Source: an uncultured Porphyromonadaceae bacterium
Lineage (GTDB): Bacteria > Bacteroidota > Bacteroidia > Bacteroidales > UBA12481
Length of the DNA: 62,828 bases
Assembly: GCA_964457845.1 (NCBI GenBank)
Contig: CAYWHP010000003.1
Location: forward strand, 19,943 to 82,770
Reading direction: 5' to 3'
Position 1 is the stretch's first letter, and each line of letters opens with the position of its first letter. Below, in pieces: positions 46,501 through 54,832 of this stretch. Under the pieces are notes generated by a model, which was not told the DNA's origin, made no database searches, and saw only the letters and a list, made by a program, of their open reading frames with translations. Position numbers and translations under genes: made by a program.

Positions 46501-48008
46501 CGGCTCCCTGTTGCCCTTCCGCTTATATTAAGGTACTGGAAAGTATAGCCGTTCAGTGTGAACTGTGAAACCTCTCCCGCCAGCAGGGCATTCACCGATT
46601 TTGCGCCATCCCATACGCCATCCACATTCAGGTTGAACTCCATCCCGGAGAATCCGGATGGCTGCGTCATGAGCTGGTCGGGATTAAAATCGCTGGCCGA
46701 CACCGATCCCTTGAAATTATAACCGGCAACCGGCCTGTTCTTGTTCACCTCGAGATTGGTTGTGAAATCACCGTAATCGAAGCTCCAGTTGCCCGTGGTG
46801 ATGAAATTCTCAAATGTTCCGGTAAAGACCCCGCGGTAGGTGACCGTACCGATTTTTTTCACAGCATCCGGAACATCTAGCTCGAAACCGGGTATCTGAC
46901 CGGCCAGTACATCCTCGCTGAGATTGGGCATATTCAGCTCCAGGTAGCGGGTTTTCAGGTCGAAAAAAGCCTCCTGCAGGCGGCCCGGGTAATTGTAAAC
47001 CAGGTCGCCTTCAAACGCTACCAGGCCCGGCCAGTTGACCATTGCATTCATTAGCCGTCCATTATCGGGCGAGCCGTTGAACACCCCGGCAATCTCGATC
47101 GGGTCGGTCAGCCCGGTACTGATCCCCGTGAGCAGGGTCAGGTCGATCGGACTAACATACGTTTTCGTATCAAGAACGATGTCCATTTCGGGACCATGGT
47201 TGCCCGCCCCGCTGCCGAAGATGCCGGTAACATTGGCCCTGAGGGCGCCCACATGGCTGTTCCCCGTAAGCAGTTCCAGGTTCTCCGTAAACACACCCTT
47301 CTTGCCAACCCGAATCGCGGCAGAGAACTGATTAACAAGGAAACCGCTCTGCTCCTGAAAGGATATATGGTCGATCACCGCACGGGTTTCGTCACCCTGC
47401 ATGGCGAACCGCCTTAGTGCTGCCTCGAGCCCCGTCACCAGTAAATTATCAGGATCAACCTGACCGGGCTTCTCCAGTGTCCCGAATTTTCGATACTGAA
47501 GGGAGCCGCGACGGACGAAAATCTGATCGGCGGCAACCGACAGCGGCTTCGTGGATTTAACTGTATCCGAAGATTTAAAAGATTCGAGCAGCACTTCGTA
47601 ATTCATCAGACCGGAGGGAAGCTGCCGCAGTTGAATTTTCGGATCCTCAACCACCACACGCGACAGGCTGAGCCGGTTTTTATCGATGTTGTATTTTTTC
47701 ACTGAAAGCCGGACCGACGAGGCATAGAAAAGGGTATCGTTTACGGGATCAAGGATCAGCAGATCGACCAGTTCGATTCGGTGCGGCCATCGTACCAGCA
47801 CCTTTCCCACACTCAGCCGGCCGTCATAGCGCTCCTCGATATTCGTCAGGAAGCGGTTAACCAGCCAGGTTTGAACACTCCTCATCCTCAAACTGATAAA
47901 CAGACCCGCCAGCACTACAATGAGTACTGCCAATACCGTTAAGGTCCTATTTATCGCTTTTTTAGGCAAGGAATTAAACTTTAGTAATTTTGACCCTGAA
48001 AAAATCAT
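43542..48008 (-). CDS. tamB: TamB / translocation and assembly module (DUF490) protein
   Basis: N-terminal TM anchor plus SVQTWL; long beta-rich body; C-terminal QVISLLILNRF...GDVEIEYKI...YTQGVGLFYREEFD. True start is 48008 (ATG) or 47969 (TTG), not 48107. Confidence 0.88.
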   Translation of the reverse strand: MIFSGSKLLKFNSLPKKAINRTLTVLAVLIVVLAGLFISLRMRSVQTWLVNRFLTNIEERYDGRLSVGKVLVRWPHRIELVDLLILDPVNDTLFYASSVRLSVKKYNIDKNRLSLSRVVVEDPKIQLRQLPSGLMNYEVLLESFKSSDTVKSTKPLSVAADQIFVRRGSLQYRKFGTLEKPGQVDPDNLLVTGLEAALRRFAMQGDETRAVIDHISFQEQSGFLVNQFSAAIRVGKKGVFTENLELLTGNSHVGALRANVTGIFGSGAGNHGPEMDIVLDTKTYVSPIDLTLLTGISTGLTDPIEIAGVFNGSPDNGRLMNAMVNWPGLVAFEGDLVYNYPGRLQEAFFDLKTRYLELNMPNLSEDVLAGQIPGFELDVPDAVKKIGTVTYRGVFTGTFENFITTGNWSFDYGDFTTNLEVNKNRPVAGYNFKGSVSASDFNPDQLMTQPSGFSGMEFNLNVDGVWDGAKSVNALLAGEVSQFTLNGYTFQYLNISGRATGSRFNGKINLRDPNANLDLDGNFDFSKDTPAVDFDLLVKKADLYALNLIKSDTLARLQLDLHGSFTGSAIDEMDGEIRIRNSSYTNSRGTLPVTDMSLTSVPELGKRKIIFSSEYVDARIVGNVHIDDLAPQARSLIAKFVPAVTGNLPVRQDHLNSFAFNVQIKNSGPVTTVLIPGFQCKDNTRVGGFYDAAEQAFSLEGTSPQFVVMGRQFTGLDFRIMSRGDSVLLSGDLGKLQIDRSTLFEKINLGGYLSGNLADMKLRWNENGQSGSRGSIACVGGMAQREDGSLTGSFLFPESRIVLNDSLWTINRFAVSADKDKISIENFALAHNEEKMEVNGSVSRNPSDTLYIDLQRVNLLNFKRITGKDFVLDGRITGSARIFDIRNRLRFLTEMRIDSLAINGQPMGQTTLSSRSSENGDALLMDVLVKRGAIKTLQLQGQYNPVTDSLNLDLSVEKLRLDIANPFVYDELLDVKGLATGKVMIRGSSKKPLIYGHIMAQKASFIVNYLNTRFYFTHNVVITPDAFSVTNLDLQDDEGNHASVNGAVRHTDFNKIRLDLKVDFKDFVLLNEVESRNEGYWGRGYASGVGTLTGPLRSLKIDVSARTSPKTKFYIPVTTTDEARFMDFVTYIGKPKEETEADLLDFSAEVEPDYAVNLYGAMVTIDLEATPDAEVQLIFDSKVGNVIHARGSGNLRVEIPPTSRWTLNGDFTIEKGDYQFTLQNMPVKKLEIEPGATLKWTGDVSGAQLNIDAVYRTKAALYDLLQDESNPDLTQRLPVECHLMMSGQLEAPAIDFNIILPPTSNDLARTQLQNLTKEDMNKQVISLLILNRFTPLAGTGSGTASRYESAGLATTTELLSNQLNYWLSQISKDFDVGFNYRPGDQLTSDEVEVALSKQFLDNRMTINVNGNVDVRPSATNANQLVGDVEIEYKIKQSGKVRVKAFTRANDHLLYEYAPYTQGVGLFYREEFDTFGDLVQKYRNKRKRN
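47985..47992 (+). promoter_or_regulatory. -7 element upstream of tsaD
   Basis: TAATTTTG matches TAnnTTTG, ~57 bp before the tsaD ATG. Confidence 0.45.
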
Positions 48009-48048
48009 ACCAAAATTAGAATAAAAACGGTCGCGGCCGGCAGATCTT

Positions 48049-49242
48049 ATGAGCATCACCATCTTAGGCATCGAATCATCCTGTGATGACACCTCCGCCG
48101 CGGTCATCCGCGACGGCTACCTGCTCTCCAACCGCATTGCCAACCAGGAAGTTCACCGTTCATTCGGCGGTGTTGTCCCTGAACTGGCTTCACGGGCGCA
48201 TCAGCAAAACATTATTCCTGTGGTTGAGCTCGCCATGCGCGAGGCAGGAGTAAAACCGGAGGAAATTACCGCGGTAGCTTTCACCCGCGGCCCCGGCCTG
48301 ATGGGCTCTCTGCTTGTCGGCTCCTCTTTCGCGAAAGGCTTCGCCATCGCACGCAACATACCGCTTGTAGCAGTTAATCATCTGCAGGGGCATGTGCTGG
48401 CTTTGTTCCTTCAGAAGCCGGGGGAAGATCGTGACGCGGAGGATCGTGACGCGTTAAGCGTGACGCGTGACACGGGAGATCGTGACGCGTTACACGTGAC
48501 GCGTGACACGGAAGATGGCAATAGTGTTCTCATCCCGGCGAAAGCCGGGACCCCGTCCCAACCAGCCGAAGCCACCAGGGACTTACATCACGCGTCACGC
48601 GTCACGCGTCACGTCTCCCCTTCGTTTCCCTTCCTCTGCCTCCTCGTCTCCGGCGGCCACACCCAGATCCTTGTGGTGCGCGACCATCTCGACATGGAGT
48701 TAATCGGCCAGACGATTGATGATGCGGCCGGCGAGGCATTCGACAAGTGCGGTAAGGTTATCGGCCTGCCCTACCCGGCCGGACCGGTTATCGACCGGCT
48801 CGCAAAGGAGGGCGATCCGCTGGCATTTGAATTCAGCCGGCCGAGGATTCAGGCACTGAACTACAGTTTCAGCGGCCTCAAGACCTCCTTCCTCTACTTC
48901 CTGCGTGATCGCCTGAAGGAGGACCCCGCCTTTGTTGAAAAGAACCTGAACAGCCTCTGCGCCTCACTTCAGCATACCATCGTCGAAATACTGCTCAACA
49001 AGCTCCGGCAGGCCTCGCGCCAGACCGGCATCCGCGAGATCGGCCTCGCCGGAGGCGTATCGGCCAATTCCGCCCTGAAGGCAGCCGTACGTGAGGAAGC
49101 CGTTAAACGCAACTGGAACGTTTACATCCCCGAACTGGCCTACACCATGGACAACGCCGCGATGATCGGAATCACCGGCTACTTCAAGTATCTGAAAGGC
49201 GAGTTCGCCGGGCATGATGTAGTGCCGCTTGCGAGAATGTAG
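48049..49242 (+). CDS. tsaD: tRNA N6-threonylcarbamoyladenosine biosynthesis protein TsaD carrying a 63-aa repeat-derived insertion
   Basis: ILGIESSCDDTSAAV, GGVVPELASRAH, GPGL, NHLQGH, VSGGHT, DDAAGEAFDK, GGVSAN, DNAAMI. Confidence 0.97.
   Translation: MSITILGIESSCDDTSAAVIRDGYLLSNRIANQEVHRSFGGVVPELASRAHQQNIIPVVELAMREAGVKPEEITAVAFTRGPGLMGSLLVGSSFAKGFAIARNIPLVAVNHLQGHVLALFLQKPGEDRDAEDRDALSVTRDTGDRDALHVTRDTEDGNSVLIPAKAGTPSQPAEATRDLHHASRVTRHVSPSFPFLCLLVSGGHTQILVVRDHLDMELIGQTIDDAAGEAFDKCGKVIGLPYPAGPVIDRLAKEGDPLAFEFSRPRIQALNYSFSGLKTSFLYFLRDRLKEDPAFVEKNLNSLCASLQHTIVEILLNKLRQASRQTGIREIGLAGGVSANSALKAAVREEAVKRNWNVYIPELAYTMDNAAMIGITGYFKYLKGEFAGHDVVPLARM
48427..48615 (+). repeat. Composite repeat element (heptamer arm, REP hairpin, inverted heptamer arm) inserted in frame in tsaD
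   Basis: 189 bp. CGTGAC units at 48430-48510, hairpin TCCCGGC-GAAA-GCCGGGA at 48533-48550, and CATCACGCGTCACGCGTCACGCGTCACG at 48586-48613. Confidence 0.92.
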
Positions 49243-49252
49243 GCAGGGGACA

Positions 49253-49351
49253 GGGTCCCGGCTTTCGCCGGGATGACAATCCACCAGACTAACTTACGAT
49301 AAACGCTCGCCGGAGCGTTGTCATCCCGGCGAAAGCCGGGACCCCGTACCA
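49253..49351. repeat. Inverted pair of REP-like hairpins (BIME-like) after tsaD
   Basis: Perfect 27-bp inverted repeat TTGTCATCCCGGCGAAAGCCGGGACCC at 49253-49279 (minus) and 49318-49344 (plus). The spacer contains AACGCTC-GCCG-GAGCGTT. Confidence 0.93.
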
Positions 49352-49375
49352 TACACCGCACTTCGCACACCCCTA

Positions 49376-50686
49376 TTATAGCTGGTAGCGAAAAAGCCTT
49401 ACCCAGAAAGGCCACTTCTTTTCGGGGTACAAAAAATAAACAGCTCCCGCATAAACCGTGATCCGGCTCATGTCGGGATAATCCGGAAGCTGTATGGGAA
49501 GGCCGGTTTTACCCGTCCGCACATCAAGCGGAAACAGCATCCAGCGGAGACCACGATGCTCGAGCATATAAATGCCATGGCCGATGGGATCCGTAAGAAC
49601 CGTAATGTTCCGGTACTTATAATCGGTGCCGGTAATGGTTTCAATCTTCTCCCGGCAGGCTGAGAAGGTCACCGAACGCAGGAACTTTCCGTCGGGAGTA
49701 TAGGCAAGCAGGGAATCGAGATAAGGATTCACTGCAAAAAGGGTGTCCTTGCACGAAAATACCGGAACATTCCTGGGGTTGCTGATCATGGTTTCAATCT
49801 TGCTCATCTGCTGGCCACCCCGGCCCGACCCGCGCCGGCTCCTCCCGACTGCCGCATTGGAAGAGAGATCCGTCCACATGGATCCCACCTTGTATTCCAG
49901 CCGCTTGTCGCGCCGCTCGATTGCATCCTCAACAACCGTCAGAACCTGCCTAACCGGAACATAAGCCTCCCGATAATAAATTTCCGTCCGCCTCGACCAT
50001 GGATCCGTATCGGCATAAACCAGCTTGCCCGCAAACCCGGCCCGGATCGGGTCCATCATCTGAAAAAAGGAGGTGCGATCGATGGCATAGGGGAGCTCGA
50101 TTCTTCTGTGACCACCAAATAGCTGATAAACAGAATCTTTCATTACCATATAGGCAACACCGAAAACATCCCGGTAAAGCGATTCCGCATTCTCAACGGG
50201 AATAGAGGTGATGGTATCGGAGAACCAGCCGGAAAGCATCAGCCTGCCCCGCCCGGCCTGGTTGTTGGTATACGCAAGCAGCCACAGATACTCATCGTCG
50301 AAAACAAAATCACGGATGGAGTAATCTTCCCGTTCGGTGAGAATCCGGAGCCGTTTGGCGGTGATTTCCACTTCGCCGATTTCGCTCACCGACTGATCGA
50401 GTTCTGCAATTACTTCTCCTTTGGGTTTGGAATCCAGATAGATGACGGTTCCGGTATAAGAGACGTGGCTTATCCGTAGAGCGGCCGGGTATTTGTCGAT
50501 CTGAATACTAAAACGACCGTACTCACCGGATTGGGTGCCTGTGCCGTCGGGCAGGATGATGCTGGCGGCAATAACCGCCTCGCGTGTTTTGCGGTCGATG
50601 ATGCGGCCACGCACCTCCTGTGCCGCCGTCGTAGGGCCTGTTAAGTAAGACAACAGGATCAAAAACGGAATGAGGAAGCGTTTCAT
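49376..50686 (-). CDS. Exported protein with N-terminal carboxypeptidase-regulatory-like domain; C-terminal part unassigned
   Basis: Signal peptide MKRFLIPFL...; VRGRIIDRKTREAVIAASI...LRISHVSY...IGEVEITA. Start reassigned from 50725. Confidence 0.75.
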   Translation of the reverse strand: MKRFLIPFLILLSYLTGPTTAAQEVRGRIIDRKTREAVIAASIILPDGTGTQSGEYGRFSIQIDKYPAALRISHVSYTGTVIYLDSKPKGEVIAELDQSVSEIGEVEITAKRLRILTEREDYSIRDFVFDDEYLWLLAYTNNQAGRGRLMLSGWFSDTITSIPVENAESLYRDVFGVAYMVMKDSVYQLFGGHRRIELPYAIDRTSFFQMMDPIRAGFAGKLVYADTDPWSRRTEIYYREAYVPVRQVLTVVEDAIERRDKRLEYKVGSMWTDLSSNAAVGRSRRGSGRGGQQMSKIETMISNPRNVPVFSCKDTLFAVNPYLDSLLAYTPDGKFLRSVTFSACREKIETITGTDYKYRNITVLTDPIGHGIYMLEHRGLRWMLFPLDVRTGKTGLPIQLPDYPDMSRITVYAGAVYFLYPEKKWPFWVRLFRYQL

Positions 50687-50736
50687 CCCGTTAAGGTACG
50701 AAAAAGTAAAATTCGTTTGGCGCAATAACCCGTCTG

Positions 50737-51309
50737 TCAGACGATCCCGCTGAAACCCATGAAGGCCATGGCAAGTATGCCTGCCATGATGAGGGAGATC
50801 GGGAACCCCTGCATGCCTTTGGGAACGCCCTGAAGCTCGAGCCGCTCGCGCAGTCCGGCAAAGATGATGATTGCCAGGCCAAAACCGAGGGCATTGCTGG
50901 CGGTAAACACAATTCCCTGGATGAGATTGTATTCGTTCTGAATCGTGAGGATGGCGATACCCAGCACGGCGCAGTTGGTGGTGATCAGCGGAAGAAAAAT
51001 GCCGAGTGCCTGATACAGGCTTGGCGAGATCTTTTTCAGGATCGTTTCCACCATCTGAACAAGGGCGGCGATCACCAGGATGAAGACGATGGTTTGCATG
51101 AACCCGATATGAAACGGGTCGAGCACATATTTCTGAAGGAGGAAGGTTACGATGGTGGCAAGCACCATTACGAATGTAACGGCCGCCGACATGCCGGCAG
51201 CGGTCCCTACCCGGTTCGATACACCGAGAAACGGGCAGATGCCGAGAAACTTGGCCAGCACGATGTTGTTGACAAGTATCGCGCTTATAAATATGATAAT
51301 GTATTCCAT
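50737..51309 (-). CDS. rnfA: Rnf complex subunit A
   Basis: LVNNIVLAKFLGICPFLG, GIFLPLITTNCAVLG. Confidence 0.96.
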   Translation of the reverse strand: MEYIIIFISAILVNNIVLAKFLGICPFLGVSNRVGTAAGMSAAVTFVMVLATIVTFLLQKYVLDPFHIGFMQTIVFILVIAALVQMVETILKKISPSLYQALGIFLPLITTNCAVLGIAILTIQNEYNLIQGIVFTASNALGFGLAIIIFAGLRERLELQGVPKGMQGFPISLIMAGILAMAFMGFSGIV

Positions 51310-51327
51310 GATCGGGTTTCTTACGGG

Positions 51328-51918
51328 TTATTTCTTGCTTTTCAGGCGGTTGACAACTGCAATGAGATAACCGAGCGCTATGAAAGCGCCGGGGGAAAGA
51401 ATGAATACCAGTATGGTGCTGGCATCTTCGCTCACAAAGCGGATGTTGAAGATCGATCCGTTGCCCAGGGCCTCACGGATGGCGCCGAGCGTAGTGAGCG
51501 CCATGGTAAAGCCGAGCCCCATGCCTAGGCCGTCGAGAATCGAAGCCACAACAGTATTCTTCTGGGCAAAAGCCTCTGCACGGGCAAGGATGATGCAGTT
51601 TACCACAATCAGCGGGACAAATACACCCAGTGCCTTGTAGAGGGTCGGCACAAAAGCCTCCATTACCATCTGAACAATGGTAACGAAGGAGGCGATGACC
51701 ACTACGAAAATGGGTATCCTCACCTTATTGGGCACCAGGTTTTTGATCAGGGCGATCACCAGGTTCGACATCGTAAGCACAAAGGTGGTTGCCGCGCCCA
51801 TGCCAAGCCCGTTGATCGCCGAAGTGGATACGGCCAGCACGGGACACATCCCGATGAGGAGAACCAGTGTCGGGTTTTCCCTCAATATCCCGTTTGTAAA
51901 ATGTTTCAGATTGCTCAT
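51328..51918 (-). CDS. rnfE: Rnf complex subunit E
   Basis: ENPTLVLLIGMCPVLAV, VRIP, PLIVVNCIILARAE. Confidence 0.96.
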   Translation of the reverse strand: MSNLKHFTNGILRENPTLVLLIGMCPVLAVSTSAINGLGMGAATTFVLTMSNLVIALIKNLVPNKVRIPIFVVVIASFVTIVQMVMEAFVPTLYKALGVFVPLIVVNCIILARAEAFAQKNTVVASILDGLGMGLGFTMALTTLGAIREALGNGSIFNIRFVSEDASTILVFILSPGAFIALGYLIAVVNRLKSKK

Positions 51919-52487
51919 TTTTTTTCTCCTTTCTGCCAGGCGTCATAAGCCCTTACGATGGCATCGCAAAATGCACGGGAACTGATGGTTGCAGCTGTGA
52001 TGGCATCAACCTCCCCGCCGTCCTTCTTAACTTTCATTTTTCCGGAACCGGGATTCTTGCCGACAAACTGGTCCTTAAAGCGGGGTTCGGCCATTTTTGT
52101 GCCCAGACCGGGCGTTTCACGGTGCTCGAGTATCATGGTGTTAATGACTGTTCCATCAGGAGCCAGTCCGACCATCACGCTGAACTTGCCGCTGAATCCT
52201 TTGGCGGTGCGCGTGCTGATGGCGGTGCCGATCAACACGCTGTCCTTGCGGGCGGGGAAACACTCGAGGTCACCGAGATCTGACGGTACCGTGTACATCT
52301 CAGCGCCGGGATTATTATTGAAGCCGGGAACCACCTGGGCAATGGCTTCGAGTTTGGCCTTCTCCTTCGACTCGGCGATAGGCCCTTCGGTTATCATGTT
52401 CATGTACCCCAGGAGGCCGGAGGCCACTGCACAAACGCCGAGCAGGGAAAGCACCATGGTTTTCAGATTGGATTCAAGCTTGGCCAT
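51915..52487 (-). CDS. rnfG: Rnf complex subunit G
   Basis: GFSGKF, HRETPGLG, DAITAATISS (FMN attachment motif). Confidence 0.95.
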   Translation of the reverse strand: MAKLESNLKTMVLSLLGVCAVASGLLGYMNMITEGPIAESKEKAKLEAIAQVVPGFNNNPGAEMYTVPSDLGDLECFPARKDSVLIGTAISTRTAKGFSGKFSVMVGLAPDGTVINTMILEHRETPGLGTKMAEPRFKDQFVGKNPGSGKMKVKKDGGEVDAITAATISSRAFCDAIVRAYDAWQKGEKK

Positions 52488-53487
52488 TTTTCAGTTCCTC
52501 CCCGAACCTTTTGGGTTTAACATACTTATCGATCAGCGGCACAAAGGCGTTCATGATCAGGATGGCAAAAGAAACGCCTTCAGGATAGGCCCCGAAAACA
52601 CGTATCAAACAGGTTATCAACCCGATACCCACTCCGAAAATAATCATACCTACGGGTGACATAGGGGATGTCACCATGTCGGTTGCCATAAAAACGGCTC
52701 CCAGGATGATGCCGCCGGTTAACAGGTGGAACATCGGATCGGCATACTTCCCCGGGGCAACCAGCCAGAGGATGCCAGTAAAAAGGATCACTGTTGCCAG
52801 GATCGAAACAGGAATATGCCAGGTGATCACCTTTTTCCAGATCAGGTAGATGCCGCCGATAATAAGGGCCAGCGCGGATATTTCACCGAGGGAGCCGCCC
52901 ATATTTCCGATAAACATCTGGAAATATCCCGGCACCTCCTTCATCAATTCCGATAATGGCTGTCCGTTCTTGATGCCCTCTTTCAGAATGGCGAGCGGTG
53001 TTGCGCCCGTAACGGCATCCAGATAGGCAAAGCGGGATTCCACAGCTTTTGGCCAGCTGGTCATCTGCACCGGGAATGATATCAGGAGAAACACACGTCC
53101 TACCAGGGCCGGATTGAAAGGATTCTTCCCAAGGCCGCCGAACGACATCTTGGCAACACCGATAGCGACAAGGCTTCCGATGATGATCATCCATACCGGC
53201 AGGTTGCTGGGCACGTTGAAGGCGAGCAGAACGCCCGTGATGGCGGCTGATCCGTCCCACAGGGTTGAGGGTGCCTTAAACAGGAATTTTGTTATCAGGT
53301 ATTCGAAGAGCAGACAGGAAGCCACCGCCACGGATGTTACGATAAGCGCCCCAAGTCCGAAGAAGACCAGCGAAACGGCGAGTGCGGGCACCATGGCGAT
53401 CAGCACCCGGTACATGATCTTCTCAACCGATTCGGGGGCCGAGAGATGCGGAGAATGCGATACGGTTAGCAGGTTTATTGCGCTCAT
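52474..53487 (-). CDS. rnfD: Rnf complex subunit D
   Basis: SPHL, FGGLGKNPFNPALVGR, DAVTGATPL (FMN site), GSLGEIS, ATDMVTSP, YPEGVSFAIL. Confidence 0.96.
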   Translation of the reverse strand: MSAINLLTVSHSPHLSAPESVEKIMYRVLIAMVPALAVSLVFFGLGALIVTSVAVASCLLFEYLITKFLFKAPSTLWDGSAAITGVLLAFNVPSNLPVWMIIIGSLVAIGVAKMSFGGLGKNPFNPALVGRVFLLISFPVQMTSWPKAVESRFAYLDAVTGATPLAILKEGIKNGQPLSELMKEVPGYFQMFIGNMGGSLGEISALALIIGGIYLIWKKVITWHIPVSILATVILFTGILWLVAPGKYADPMFHLLTGGIILGAVFMATDMVTSPMSPVGMIIFGVGIGLITCLIRVFGAYPEGVSFAILIMNAFVPLIDKYVKPKRFGEELKNGQA

Positions 53488-54812
53488 TTGCCTCTGGTTC
53501 TGATTATTCGGTTAACACTATTCTTACCGGTGCGGATATGATCGAGCAGGGGCCGCGACGAGGGACAGGTGTAGCTGCAGCTGCCGCACTCCATACAGTC
53601 GGTAACCCGCTCCCGTTCAATATCATCCCACCGTCTGGCTTCCGTCAGCCCCATCAGGAGGTACGGTTCCAGCCCCATCGGGCAAACGCTGCTGCAGCGC
53701 CCACAGCGGATACAGTTTACCGTCCTGCGACGTGTTGATTCATTTTCAGCCATCAGCACGATACCCGATGTCCCTTTGGTCACCGGAACATCAAGTGTCG
53801 GCAGTGCCTTACCCATCATCGGGCCTCCGTTGATCACCTTACCGGTATCTTCCGGAACTCCGCCTGCGGCAGCGATCAGGTCGGAAACCGGTGTACCGAT
53901 TCTGACCAGAAAATTCGCTGTCCTGGTCATCGACTTCCCGGTAACGGTAACAATCCGCTCAAACAGGGGCTTATTCTTCGTTAATGCCTCGTAAACAGCA
54001 TAGGCTGTTCCTACGTTGTGAACCACCACACCCACATCAACCGGAAGGCGCCCCGATGGCACTTCCCGCCCCGCTATTGCGCGGATAAGCTGTTTTTCAG
54101 CTCCTTGCGGGTATTTTACCTTCAGCCCTTCCACAGTGATCCCCGTGTACTTTTTAGCCAGGTTTCCGATCGCCGCAATTGCATCAGGCTTGTTCCGCTC
54201 GATGCCGATAACTGCCCGGGTTACGCCCAGAGCCTTCATCAGCAGACTGGTACCCGTTAAGATTTCGTCACCCTTTTCTAGCATGAGGCGATGGTCGGAT
54301 GTCAGGTAGGGCTCACACTCTACACCATTTATGATGAGCAGTTCGGCCTTTTTGCCTTTGGGCACCGACACTTTCACATGCGAAGGGAAGGTGGCGCCAC
54401 CTAAACCGACAATTCCCATCTCGCCGATTTGTTTCACAATTTCCTCAGCAGTAAGATCAGGCGCTCCCGACAGTTTGGTCGACCTGTCGATTGTCTCAAC
54501 CCATTCGTCGCCATCCGTATCAATAAAAATGGCCGGTCTCCGGTAACCGCTGGCATCAGCGGCCGCCTCGATCTTCGATACCGTGCCCGATACCGGAGAA
54601 TGGATATTGGCCGAAACGAAACCGATGCTGCGTGCAATCAGCTGACCGGTTTTTACCCGGTCGCCCTTGGCAACCATCGCTTCCGCCGGCGCACCGAGGT
54701 GCTGCGACAAATGTATGCAGACCGATTTTGGCGGCGGAAGGACCTCAATAGGAGCTCCCGATGAAATCTTGCTTTCTGGCGGGTGAACGCCACCCATGGG
54801 AAAAGTATTCAA
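53484..54812 (-). CDS. rnfC: Rnf complex subunit C
   Basis: GGVHP, QHLGAPA, GLGGATFP, NGVECEPYLTSD, CIRCGRCSSVCP, CMECGSCSYTCP. Confidence 0.96.
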   Translation of the reverse strand: MNTFPMGGVHPPESKISSGAPIEVLPPPKSVCIHLSQHLGAPAEAMVAKGDRVKTGQLIARSIGFVSANIHSPVSGTVSKIEAAADASGYRRPAIFIDTDGDEWVETIDRSTKLSGAPDLTAEEIVKQIGEMGIVGLGGATFPSHVKVSVPKGKKAELLIINGVECEPYLTSDHRLMLEKGDEILTGTSLLMKALGVTRAVIGIERNKPDAIAAIGNLAKKYTGITVEGLKVKYPQGAEKQLIRAIAGREVPSGRLPVDVGVVVHNVGTAYAVYEALTKNKPLFERIVTVTGKSMTRTANFLVRIGTPVSDLIAAAGGVPEDTGKVINGGPMMGKALPTLDVPVTKGTSGIVLMAENESTRRRTVNCIRCGRCSSVCPMGLEPYLLMGLTEARRWDDIERERVTDCMECGSCSYTCPSSRPLLDHIRTGKNSVNRIIRTRGK

Positions 54813-54832
54813 TGAATAATCCTCCGGTTATA

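Noticed and set aside
41378-49242. exbB-exbD-tonB, tamB and tsaD arrangement as a novel system
   Set aside because: These are ordinary envelope and housekeeping genes in an order familiar from Bacteroidota. Only the tsaD insert is unusual.
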